Part shown: piece by piece, positions 29,101 through 43,338 of the stretch
Numbering within the stretch: position 1 is the first letter of the stretch
Layout of the letters: each line of letters opens with the position of its first letter
Assembly (NCBI RefSeq): GCF_009914755.1
Contig: NC_060929.1
Length of the DNA stretch: 64,000 bases
From: the human T2T-CHM13v2.0 reference genome, Homo sapiens
Strand: one strand, 5' to 3'
The notes under the pieces: model-generated
Told to the model about the DNA's origin: nothing
The model's database searches: none
Seen by the model: the letters and a program-made list of their open reading frames with translations, nothing else
Position numbers and translations under genes: made by a program

Positions 29101-29601
29101 GGCTCCCCCAGATCCCAGGCCTCTAGGCCCCGCATCAACAGTGCACTGCACGTTGAGGACAAGGCCATCTCGGACTGCAGACCCTCACGGCCTTCCCACA
29201 CTTTGTCCTCACTTGCAACAGGGGCTTCGGGTGGGCCTCCCGTTTCTAAAGCACCCACTATGGATGCACAGCAGGACAGACCCAAGTCCCAAGACTGCCT
29301 GGGCCTAGTGGCCCCCCTAGCATCTGCTGCAGAGGTCTCCTCTACAGCTCCCGTGTCTGGGAAGAAGCACAGACCACCAGGACCCCTGTTCTCCTCCTCA
29401 GATCCCCTTCCGGCCACCTCTTCCCACTCCGGGGACTCAGCCCAGGACACCTCGCTGATTCCTGCCCCCTTCACACCTGCAAGCAGGGATGCCGGCGTGA
29501 GAAGAATGTTTTGTGTTCGAAATTGTTTGAGGGGTTTGGGTTTATTTTTGTTGGTTTTTTCTCTTTTTTTTTTGCTTACATGGGCATCCTTCAGCTTTTA
29601 A
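26104..29601 (+). CDS. Intronless POM121-like ORF (POM121L1-like family retrocopy), 1165 aa from the first ATG; frame open from 25780 (GTG); copy 1
   Basis: POM121 motifs: PDLCPGKIVLRALKES (just upstream of the ATG), [65 protein letters not shown]. No stop over 3.8 kb, hydrophobic C-terminus, AATAAA downstream. Such copies are usually annotated as pseudogene or putative protein; translation is unproven. Confidence 0.7.
   Translation: [1165 protein letters not shown]
26287..29506 (+). repeat. Coding tandem repeat inside the POM121-like ORF: units of 936, 810 and 816 bp plus a ~660-bp partial unit
   Basis: 'agata(t/c)aaccag' (RYNQ) at 26287, 27223, 28033 and 28849. All spacings are multiples of 3. 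Confidence 0.95.
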
Positions 29602-29665
29602 TAATCTGAAAAACTCTATTTACCCATTGTCAATGTGTATAAATTAATCTGAGTCAATTTTATAC

Positions 29666-29671
29666 AATAAA
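29666..29671 (+). terminator. Polyadenylation signal AATAAA ~65 nt after the ORF stop (copy 1)
   Basis: 'tacAATAAAagg'. Use is not demonstrated. Confidence 0.55.
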
Positions 29672-30666
29672 AGGTGAACTTTTATGCATGAAACAATAAT
29701 TTAACAAAAAATGTACCTGAAGAAGAATGTTCATTACAAATACAGGAAACATAAATATTACCAAATATTGGCAAGCACTAAAATGTTCAGAAATATAAGT
29801 CTATTACAGTTATAGCTCTCTCAAGCAAAAAAACAGCAGAGAAAAACTTAGTTTACCTTAGGGGCTATTTATTTACTTAGGGATTTGTTAAAAGGTCGAA
29901 TGGGGTCACACAGAATACTAAGAAGAGCTGTTCACCCAGGCCTCACTAAGAACTCTTCTTCATTCAGTAGCTGTATAGTAACATGACAACTGCTCCTACG
30001 ACCCAAAGAGGAACTACAGCAACTACTCTTTAGCATCTGTTGCTCCCAACTCTGCTTTGCAATTATATGACTCAAGCATTCTGGCTCCGTTAACTATTAC
30101 TGCTGTTACTCCCAATTAAATTCCCTCTAAAAAATAAAAATTTTTAAAGCTCTAATTTAAGCTCTCTGCTGCCTCATGACTTCAATTCCATCAGAGTTAT
30201 GCATTGTTTCCTCTGTACATCTTTGCTCTGCTTCCATTGCTAATTCCCTAGTAAAGTGTTGTATATTCAAAGTTCCAAAGAAACAGAATATCCAAGACAT
30301 CACCAATCATCCAAAACACAGTGTAGGAGGCCACAGTTAAGAGAAGCAAGACCATTAGCTCTTTTTATAGGCTCGAGAACAACAGGATGCTTTGGTCCTG
30401 TATCAGCAGGACGCTTTTCGGGTAGATCCTACTGCCACCCTAGCTATGGGCACATGTCAGAGTCCCATGTAATAAAGGAGACAAAAGGAAACCACCACGA
30501 GTATAAACTAAGAAAAGTACTCCAAGGTTTCTAAGAATGGAGCTGTATAACTCACTTTGCCCCATTTGTTACTTCTCCACGGTACTTACCACCACCTATT
30601 ACATATATTTTGTTTATAGTCAGTCTTCCCTCATTACAATGAAAGTTCCGTGAGGATAGGAATATA

Positions 30667-31225
30667 CAGTCAGCCCTCAGTATCCATGGAGGACTAGTTT
30701 CAGGATCTCCTGAGGATAACAAAGGATACTCAAGTCCCTGATATAAAATGACATAGTATTTGCACATCACCTTTGCACATCCTCCCATATACTTCATATC
30801 AACTCTAGATCACTCATAATATCCGATGTAAATGTCATGCAAATAGTTATTGTACTATATTGTGTAAGGAATAAGGACAAGAAAAAAGTCTGTACACGTT
30901 CAGTACAGACGCAATTTTTTTTTCCAATATTTCCAATCTTTGGTTGGCTTAACAGATGTAGAACCCAGGAATAAGTTCTGGTGTCCTATTGCATAGTAGG
31001 ATGAGTATAGTTAACAATAACATATTATGTATTTGAAAATAGCCAGAAGAGTAGATTTTGAATTTTCTCCCTACAGAAAAATCATTATGCAAATTACCCT
31101 GATTTGATCATTACACATTGAGTACATGTATTAAAACATCACATTGTACCCCATATATATGTACAATTATTATGTGTCCATAAAAATTTAATGTCAATAT
31201 GTGAAATAAAATGAAAAAATAAAAA
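30667..31225. mobile_element. MER2-like DNA transposon (~30667-30965) joined to an old L1 3' end (~30968-31225)
   Basis: 'cagtcagccctcagtatccatgg...ctcaagtccctgatataaaatg', then 'aataagttctggtgtcctattgcatagtagg...aattaccctgatttgatcattacaca'. Confidence 0.7.
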
Positions 31226-31508
31226 TTTTTAAAGCTGTAATTATCTCCATCTGGTAGGAATATATATAATCTGAAATAAAAAATATATTTGTAATTGTTA
31301 GGACAAAATAGATTATACATTAAGTCTGCAAATTATAAATTATAAAATTCTCACAGAAACTGAAAAATTATTGATACTGTTAAATATTTAAAAAGCTGTC
31401 CTTGGAGAGAAAGAAACCTATCAGATTTACATCAACAAGTGTAATATATCAGCCTATTACCATCTGCTACAGACTGCATGATTGTGTTCCCTCAAAATTC
31501 ATATGATA

Positions 31509-31917
<409 letters not shown>

Positions 31918-32047
31918 TTACTTCCTTTATAAGAAGAGACACTAGAGCTGCTTTTCTCCCTACCATGTGAGGATACTGAGAGAAGATGGCCATTTCCAAT
32001 CTAGGAAGCAGGCCCTCTTTAAGAAACGTAATTTGCCAACACTTTGA

Positions 32048-32452
<405 letters not shown>

Positions 32453-32546
32453 TAAGATACCATCCTATAAGCTACAGACCAGCACTATCCAATAGAACTT
32501 TATATGACGAGGAAATGTTTTATATCTGTGCTATCCCTTATGTTAG

Positions 32547-32916
<370 letters not shown>

Positions 32917-33364
32917 AATTTTTATTTTATCTTATTTAAATAACCACATGTGGCTAGTGGCTAATGTATTGAACACTACAGCTGTAGACAATATGAAATA
33001 AATATAAAGCAGTCTCAACTTTGGAAAAACAGAAGACTCTTACTGCCTCATAATATAGATGAAAAATGAAATACTAAGTTAAGTAAAATGTTCTTTAAAG
33101 AACAAAAACAAAAGAAAACCTAATGAAAGCTATAAAAGTCCATTGGATAATAATGCTACCAGTACTAAGGAAGTACAGCCCCTAAAAGTGACTTGCAGTC
33201 ACAAATATAAAAATGACTATTCAAGTGAACTCCTAAGGTAAAAATTTCTTATTCACCATGCTCCAAAATGGTCTGTAATATTCTTCAGAGATGGCATGGT
33301 GGGGGAGGCAAGTGGCATCTCTGCCCAGAGAGAATACACAAGCAGAAAGTTCAACACAGCTTAC

Positions 33365-33539
33365 CTGGTGAAACCCTACAAGCGTTTCCACTCCATACTC
33401 GCTCTGAATAATGGGATTGTGATGTCTTACACCAATTCTCAAACTGGGCGGCCAGCTGCAGCTGAATCAACTCCAGGTGCCCATAGTTGTGATACCAAGA
33501 GTAGTAGCTGTTCACACGGATCACATCCACATACAGAGC
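33365..33539 (-). pseudogene. GUSBP: GUSB pseudogene exon 10 homolog with a 2-nt deletion (copy 1)
   Basis: [38 protein letters not shown] / [19 protein letters not shown] in two frames. 175 nt versus 177 nt in GUSB; tag and gtaagc boundaries. Confidence 0.95.
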
Positions 33540-33598
33540 CTAGGACCAGAGCAGCAGAGCCCGTTCAGCAATCACAAGACCGCATGACTCAGTACTCA

Positions 33599-33946
<348 letters not shown>

Positions 33947-34218
33947 TTAGATCCTGAAATTACCCTGCCCCACAAGCAAAAAACATGGTCACAAAGTGGC
34001 CCAAAGGAGGCAGGCCTGTGATTGCACACTGACGCTCACGACGTGTGCAGCTGGGAAGGGCTGTGAGAGGCAGAGCAGCTGCCAACACGCAGTCCTCAGC
34101 CAAAACCCAGGGCCCCCCGCCACTGGAACTGACTCCTCTCCAGGCAGCACTCCCAGCACTGGGCATCCCCTCACCTTGCCCTGGAGAAGCCCTCCCACCC
34201 AAGGGGCCAATGCAGTCA

Positions 34219-34509
<291 letters not shown>

Positions 34510-34801
34510 CTAGTATCAGCCAGGCACGGTGGCTCATGCCTGTAATCCCAGCACTTTAGGAGGCTAAGGCAGGAGGATCACTTGAGCTCAAGAGTTTGAG
34601 ACTGGCCTGGGAAACATAGTGAGATCCCATCTCTACAAAAACATTTAAAATTAGCCGGGCACAGTGGTGTACACCCGGAGTCCCAGCTACTTGGAAGGCT
34701 GAGGCAAGAGGGTTGCTTAGGCCCAGGAATTCAAGGCTGCAGTGAGCTGTGATCACACCACTGCACTCCAGCCAGAGCAACAGAGTAAGACCTTGCCTTC
34801 A

Positions 34802-34838
<37 letters not shown>

Positions 34839-35110
34839 AGGTTCCAACCCTGGAGTTACTAAATCAGGATCTCAGAATGCAGAGATCTGGCATTTCAATA
34901 AAACTTCCCCTGGAGATTCTGATCAGCCAGGTTTGGGCCAGATGAACTCTACGCTCACTTAAACCTTTGACATTTTATGAGTCTATTAAATCGAGTACAA
35001 AAAATGCTGAGTCCAAACTGGGCAAACAAATCCCATCTCCCTATGCCCAGCCTCCTTGGATTCAGAAAGCCACACTGCCTGGAGAGTAAGCAGAGAGAGA
35101 ATTGTCATTA

Positions 35111-35290
<180 letters not shown>

Positions 35291-35394
35291 TCAGACTGGC
35301 AGCACATGGTTCTTTCCAGCTGTTCCCATGAGCAGGCTTCAGGACAAGCCCAGGCAAAGGCAGGGAGAAATGGGGTGGGGACCCCCAGGCTCAC

Positions 35395-35479
35395 CCCCTT
35401 GTCTGCTGCGTAGGTGGAGTTGGTCACAAAGGTCACAGGCTGGGAGGGGTCCAAGGCTTTGGTGTGAGCAATCACCATC
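35395..35479 (-). pseudogene. GUSBP: GUSB exon 9 homolog (copy 2)
   Basis: Same as 14959-15043. Confidence 0.95.
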
Positions 35480-35727
35480 CTGTCCACAAAAGAGAGAAGA
35501 CACAGGTTCCGTCAGTCCGGGAAAGGCTCAGACACCCTCCCATCCTCTCTGTCCCATCTTCCCCTGCCAGAACACAACTGGGGGCCAGGCATGATGGCTC
35601 ACATCTGTAATCCCAGCACTTCAGGAGGCTGAGGCAGGCAGATCACTGAGGTCAGGAGTTCAAGAACAGCCTGGCCAACATGGCAAAACCCCATTTCTAC
35701 TAAATATACAAAAATTAGCCAGGCTTA

Positions 35728-35949
<222 letters not shown>

Positions 35950-36513
35950 CTAACTTGAGATGTATTTTACATAAGGGCACGTTCCTCTAGTCCTAGACCA
36001 AGCTCTCTAACAACACTCTTTCTCCCCCACACCTGAATCCAATTCCCCCAGAGGCGTAGCCACCCTGCCAGGTACACACAGCTGAGGTCACTGGACTGAA
36101 CACTGCCAAAAATGAGGTTCACTTCCTGAAATAGCCCTTGAACACAGGAGTGAATGGGCTGTGGATTCAGGTGGAATATTTATTAATGCATCAAGCAAAC
36201 AGGTAGTGCGAGGTGGGAGGTAGGCATGAGGCTGGGTGCTAGGTGCTCAGTAATGACTCAAATCTAAGTCCACAGGTCCTGGGCAGTAGGAGTGGAGATG
36301 CATGCACAGAAAAACGGTGCAAGTGCCAGGCGAGGTGGCTCACGCCTAGAACCCCAGCACTTTGGGAGGCTTACTTGAGACCAGGTGCTTGACACCAGCC
36401 TGGGCAACATAGCAAGACCTTGTTTCTACAACAAATTTAAAAATTAGGGCCGGGCATGGTGGCTCAAGCCTGTGAGCACTTTGGGAGGCCAGGGCAGGTG
36501 GATCACGAGCTCA

Positions 36514-37039
<526 letters not shown>

Positions 37040-38001
37040 TCAAGTTAACCAGGAGGGATGAAGGGAAGAGGCTCCCAACAGAGGGACCAGTCTGTGCTCA
37101 GAGCTCCCAGCATCTGCCCAAGGCCTCCACAGAACAGACTGTTGTGTTTTTGTTTTGTTTTGTTTTTTTGAGATACAGAGTCTCATTCTGTAGCCCAGGC
37201 TGGAATGCAGTGGCATTATCTCAGCTCACTGCAATCTCTGCCTCCTGGTTCACCTGAGGCGATTCTCCTGCCTCAGCCTACCTAGTAGCTGGGATTACAG
37301 ACGTCCACCACCATGCCCAGCTAATTTTTGTATTTTTAGTAGAGACAGGATTCACTACCTGTTGACCAGGCTGGTCTCGAACTCCTGACCTCAGGTGATC
37401 CACCCACCTCAGCCTCCCAAACTGCTGGGATTACAGGCGTGACCCACCGCATCCGGCCTAGACTGTTGTTGAAGCTGGTTTTCTTCTTCTTTCCTCAGTT
37501 CTTTTCTTTTACATCTTCCCCCCACCATTGCTCTGCCCATCCGAAGGCTGTGGCTGGCACAGGACAGAACAGAACCTCCTAGCCTCAAGTTCCAAACCCA
37601 CACTCTCCAATAGCCAGGCTCTCAGATGGGAAGCTTCAAAGCCTTGTGACAGCCTGGCTGAACCTCTCCAGCCTGGGCGCTCCCTCCATTTCCTGCCCCG
37701 GAAACAGGCATCTCCTCTGGCCACCTCCCAAAGCCTGTCTGGAAGCCTCAGGCACCCGCTCCTGGAAGCCTGTACGATTCACAACAAAGGGCCCGTCCAC
37801 CCAGTCGTGCTGAGCACACCCCTATTCCCCCGAGCTCTGAATTGTCCTTTGCCCAGGCTAGGACAACATCTCAGAGCCTTCTGCCTGCTGCAGACTCGGC
37901 TCAGCCCAAATCACTCCATGAAATTGGGGTGTGGCATCTGCCTCAAGGAGCATTTCTACAACCTCTGCTGCCTCTACCGCAAATGAAACTGGCTCTCACC
38001 C

Positions 38002-38091
38002 ACTGGCTCTCGGTGACGGGCACAGTGCGGAGCCCCACAGGGAGTGTGTAGAAGTCAAAGGCCCCAGTGACTTCTGTGCAGTCAGCCGCAC
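38002..38091 (-). pseudogene. GUSBP: GUSB truncated exon 6 homolog (copy 2)
   Basis: Same as 17566-17655. Confidence 0.88.
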
Positions 38092-38860
38092 CTATGACAG
38101 CCAAAGCGCCAGGTGTGAGCGCCCCGACAGCCTGAGCCCCATCTGGCCTGCCCTACAGCAGGAAGACCCCTCGTGCATGCACCCCAGAAGTCGCCTCTGG
38201 GCCTGCAGAGAAGCAGCAATCGGAGGCTCTGCCCTTCACTGGCTGACCCTGGGACCTGCCCTTCAAAATCAGGCCTTCTCCTTGACCAGACGAGGTGGCT
38301 CATGCCTGGAATCCCTACACTTTGGGAGGCTAAGGCAGGAGGATCACCGGAGTCCAGGAGTTCAAGACCAGCCTGGGCAACCTAGTAAGACCCCCAACTC
38401 TATAAAAAGGATTTTTTTTTTTGAGACAGTCTCACTCTGTCACCCAGGATAGAGTGCAGTGGCATGATCTCAATTCACCGCAGCCCCTGCCTCCTGGGTT
38501 CAAGCAATTCCCCTGCCTCAGCCTCCCGAGTAGCTGGGATTACAGACGTGCATCATCATGCCCTGCAAATTTTCATATTTCAGTAGAGACGGGGTTTCAC
38601 CATGTTGGCCAGGCTGGTCTCCAACTCCTGGCCTAAAGTGATCCGCCCGCGTCAGCCTCCCGAAGTGCTGGGATTACAGGCGTGAGCCACCATGCCCGGC
38701 CTACAAAAAAAATTTTTTTAATTAGCCAGGCATGGTGGCATGTGCCTGTAGTCCCAGCTACTCAGGAGGCCAAGGGAGGAGGATTGCAGCTCAAAGCTGC
38801 AGTGAGCTGTGATCAGGCCATTGCGTTCCAGCCTGGGTGACAGAGTGAGACCATCACAAA

Positions 38861-38903
<43 letters not shown>

Positions 38904-39062
38904 AAAATCTGGGCCTCCCGCCAAGGGTGGGAAACATCAGAAAGCTCAGAAAAGCTCAGAGGACCACACCTGCCCGTTCACCTGTCCTGGGCTCCTGCTG
39001 AAGCCAGGGCTACCAGATGGGAGCTAAAGACCTCCCTTAAGCAAGTCCCAAACCACCATTAC

Positions 39063-39250
39063 CTCCCACGAGTACAGGTAGGCGGGGTGTTCGTGCATCA
39101 GGTACGGCCACCAGAGGTTGGCACCCAGCACCTTCAGCTGGCCCTGGGTCCCAGCCTGGTTGTCCACGACTTTGTTTTCTGATTTCAAAAGACACACTTC
39201 CAACTTGAACTGGTTACTGCACTTGACGGAGATATGGTAATTCACCAGCC
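39063..39250 (-). pseudogene. GUSBP: GUSB exon 5 homolog (copy 2)
   Basis: Same as 18627-18814. Confidence 0.95.
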
Positions 39251-40804
39251 CTGCAGGAGGCAAGAGAGACCAGGGCTTAGGGAGGGACATGACCTGGGTC
39301 ACACGAACAGGAATGCCCCACAATGACCACTCCCAGGCACTCTCATTTGCTTCTGTTGCTTTTTTTTTTTTTTTTTTTTTGAGATAGAATCTCGCTCTGT
39401 CACCCAGGCTGGAGTGCAGTGGCATGATCTGGACTCACTGAAACCTCTGCCTCCCAGGTTCAAGTGATTCTCCTGCCTCAGCCTCTGGAATAGCTGGGAT
39501 TACAGGCACCTGCCACCACATCCAGCTAATTTTTGTATTGTTAGTAGAGACCGGGTTTCACCACATTAGCCAGGATGGTCTTGATCTCCTGACCTCGTGA
39601 TCCGCCTGCCTCGGCCTCCCAAAGTGCTGGGATTACAGGCTTGAGCCACCGTGCCCGGCCCTGAACCAATGCGCCCGGCCCGCTTTTTTTTAATTTAATT
39701 TTTTAATTTTTTTTTTTTTTTTTTTTTTTTTGAGATGGAGTCTCACTCTGTCACCCAGGCTGGAGTGTAGTGCTGCGATCCTGACTCACTGCAACCTCCA
39801 CCTCTGGAGTTCAGGTGATTCTCCTGCCTCAGCCTTCCGAGTACCTGGGAATACAGGAATGCACCACCATGCCCGGCGAATTTTTGTATTTTTAGTAGAG
39901 ACGGAGTTTTGCCATGTTGGCCAGGCTGGTCTCGAACTCCTGATCTCAGGTGACCCACCCGCCTCAGTCTCCCAATAGATTAGATATATTATTAACGAAT
40001 TGCTTCCTTTAACACGCTATTCATTGAATTTTCCAGTAAACCACAATTACTAATTACTCCTGAAATCAGAAAAGAGGTTAAAAAGATTTTATAACAGTAT
40101 CTTATGAAATCTACTACTTTCAAGTAATAGTAGTTGAATTACCAAAACCCGTCACTCAAGCCAATGACTACAATTAAGATATCAGTAATATTTCCTAGAT
40201 AAATAAAGTCAATTAATTATATTTGCATCTGGGAAATAGAGAAAGTACATATAAGCCATGATTTTGAAGTCAAAAGAGAGAGAATATTTGGCAAGGAGGG
40301 GTGAGTTATAGTATGTAATTATAACATATAGTAGTTTTTTGTATGCTGGTAACTAATTTTAATTTCCTACATTTTTATGTAGATTTCTGCTATTCTTGTG
40401 CTGTTTTCCTAATCACCTTTCTATATGGATGACTACATAAGTCTGAGAATACCAAAAGAGACAGACACAGAACCAATCGGATTCCTTTCTTCTTGAAGCT
40501 TCTGCACAGCAGAAGAAACTGTCAACAGAGTGAACAGACAACCTACAGAATAGGAGAAAACTGTTGCAACAATGCATGTGACAAAGATCTAATGTCCAAC
40601 ACTGATAATGAACTTAAACAAATTTACAAGAAAAAAAAATCTCATTAGAAAGTGGGCAAAGGACATAAACAGACACTTCAAAAGAAGACACACATGCGGC
40701 CAACAAGCATATGAAAAAAAGCCCAATATCGCTGATCATTAGAGAAATGCAAATCAAAACCACAATGGCATACCATCTCACACCAGTCAGAATGGTTATT
40801 ATTA

Positions 40805-41095
<291 letters not shown>

Positions 41096-41432
41096 TCAAA
41101 AAAAAAAAAAAAAAAAAAAAATTTGAATTTTGTTTAAATCACTAACACATACTGGGCATTTAATAACAAAAAAAAGGACATGAGATTGTGATCCTTAGGA
41201 GGGTTTGAGAGGCATTTCACTAGGGTTCAACATAGAGCAGTCTGAAACATACTGTAATAATTTAATCCAATGGCTCATCTACAGCACCTAAAAAGATTAC
41301 AGCAGATTCTCATTATTCAGTGTAGTTACGGTCTAGAAAGTTCCATGAACAAATAAAAAGTTAGGTTTCAGCAAGCTACTGGTCACATTTTTGTAAGCTT
41401 ACCAACACCTACTTTTGTTGTATGTGTGCTTA

Positions 41433-41736
<304 letters not shown>

Positions 41737-42873
41737 CTATCTCAAAAAAAAATAATAATAATTAATTAAATGAAGAATAAATAAATAATATACATTGTTC
41801 ATTCATTAACATTGAACTCACAGCCAATGGCACTACAGCACTCACGCCTGAATGGAGTTTATTCAATGCATGTATTTCCTCTGTAAGACACATCACAGAC
41901 TTCTTGGACTTGTGAATGCTAAGCAGCACTTCAGCACTATGCTTGGGGGTTAATTTAAATGGCAAAACAACCAACAAACAATACAAAAACAGGAAAAGCA
42001 TGGCATTAAATAGACCACAAAAAGGATACCTGACTATTGTATGAGAGCTGAAAAAGAAGGCAGAATATCATCCTGTTCAAACTCAAATTCTTTTGACACT
42101 CTGCGCAAACACATGACTATGAAAGGCTGTGAGTACTGATTTGGGGGTTACAAAAAATAGTAGGTGAGTTCACAAATACAAAAGCTGAAAACAAGGAGGA
42201 TAGACTGTATTTTCGTAGACAATCTAATCTCAGAAGATTTCAATTCAGACAAAAATCATGAGAATTACTGTATTACAAAAGGGCACTAGATAGGGGAAAA
42301 AGAGTAAAAATCACAATTAAAACAAAGGTTCAAAATTCTGCAGCAACCATATCCAGTTACACTTTAATATGTTTGTGGCAGACTACATTATTGTTCCCAA
42401 CTCATCACCCCTCCCTATATCTAAAACCTTTCCCCAAGACAATGCAGTTCCTCCTGCTAGAGATCAGGTATATTTATCTATACTATCAATGTTAGCCATG
42501 GACAAGGTATGTGCTTTGGCTGACTGAATGTTAGTGGACATGATAGAAGCAATGGCTTAAAATGTACTTCCAGAACTGGAGTTTCCTTGTGATTCTATCA
42601 CTGTGACAAAAACACATTCTCAGGTAGTCCACTGATCCAAGGGGGAACAAACACACAGAAAACATACCTAGACTCTATCTGCAGCTCGCAGCCTCACCAA
42701 GCCAGGAACAGTCATCTCACAGATATGTTAGCAAAAATAAATGTTTTTCGTACCTTAAGTTTTATATAATTATTGACCTATAGTTAACTGATATACAATA
42801 TACATTAATCTTAAAATATCATTATCCCATTAAAAATATTTACATTAAAAACTGAGACCACTTTCTTTCCTCC

Positions 42874-42906
<33 letters not shown>

Positions 42907-43338
42907 AGACAGGGTGTCTCAATGTTGCCCAAGCTGGAGTTCAGTGGCTAGTGGCTATTCACAAGAACGATCATCGCACACTACCTCAAACTCCTGGGAT
43001 CAAGCAATCCTCCTGCCTCAGCTTTCCAAGTCGCTGGGACAATAAGTGTGTACCACAGCATGTCAGCTCTCTCTCTCCTTCTTGACCTAAAGCCTAGCAT
43101 AAAATTAGCTAAGTAGAATGTTTCCAAAGATGCCTGCATCAGTATCTCCCATCCCACATAATTTCTGTTTGATTTTGCCATTCACCCATAAAATGGTGGG
43201 ATCTACCTCCCCTCCTTGCAAATTTGAGCTGGCCCTCTGATCCTGTCTAAGATCTGAAGCCAGATATTAAGGTACTTCATTAATTTCCATGTTTGTCCTC
43301 TATGCAACCTAGCAATCAAGCCAGAAGTCAAAACATAC

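Noticed and set aside
26481-29474. Minus-strand ORFs of 149-262 aa and repeated 98-103-aa alternative-frame ORFs
   Set aside because: These are shadows of the GC-rich coding repeat, most start at non-ATG codons, and none shows recognisable homology.
30320-30450. Short hairpins (GTCCTG...CAGGAC) and a superficial likeness to hammerhead or CPEB3 ribozyme words
   Set aside because: I could not assemble a complete catalytic core or pseudoknot. An Infernal/Rfam scan would be needed.
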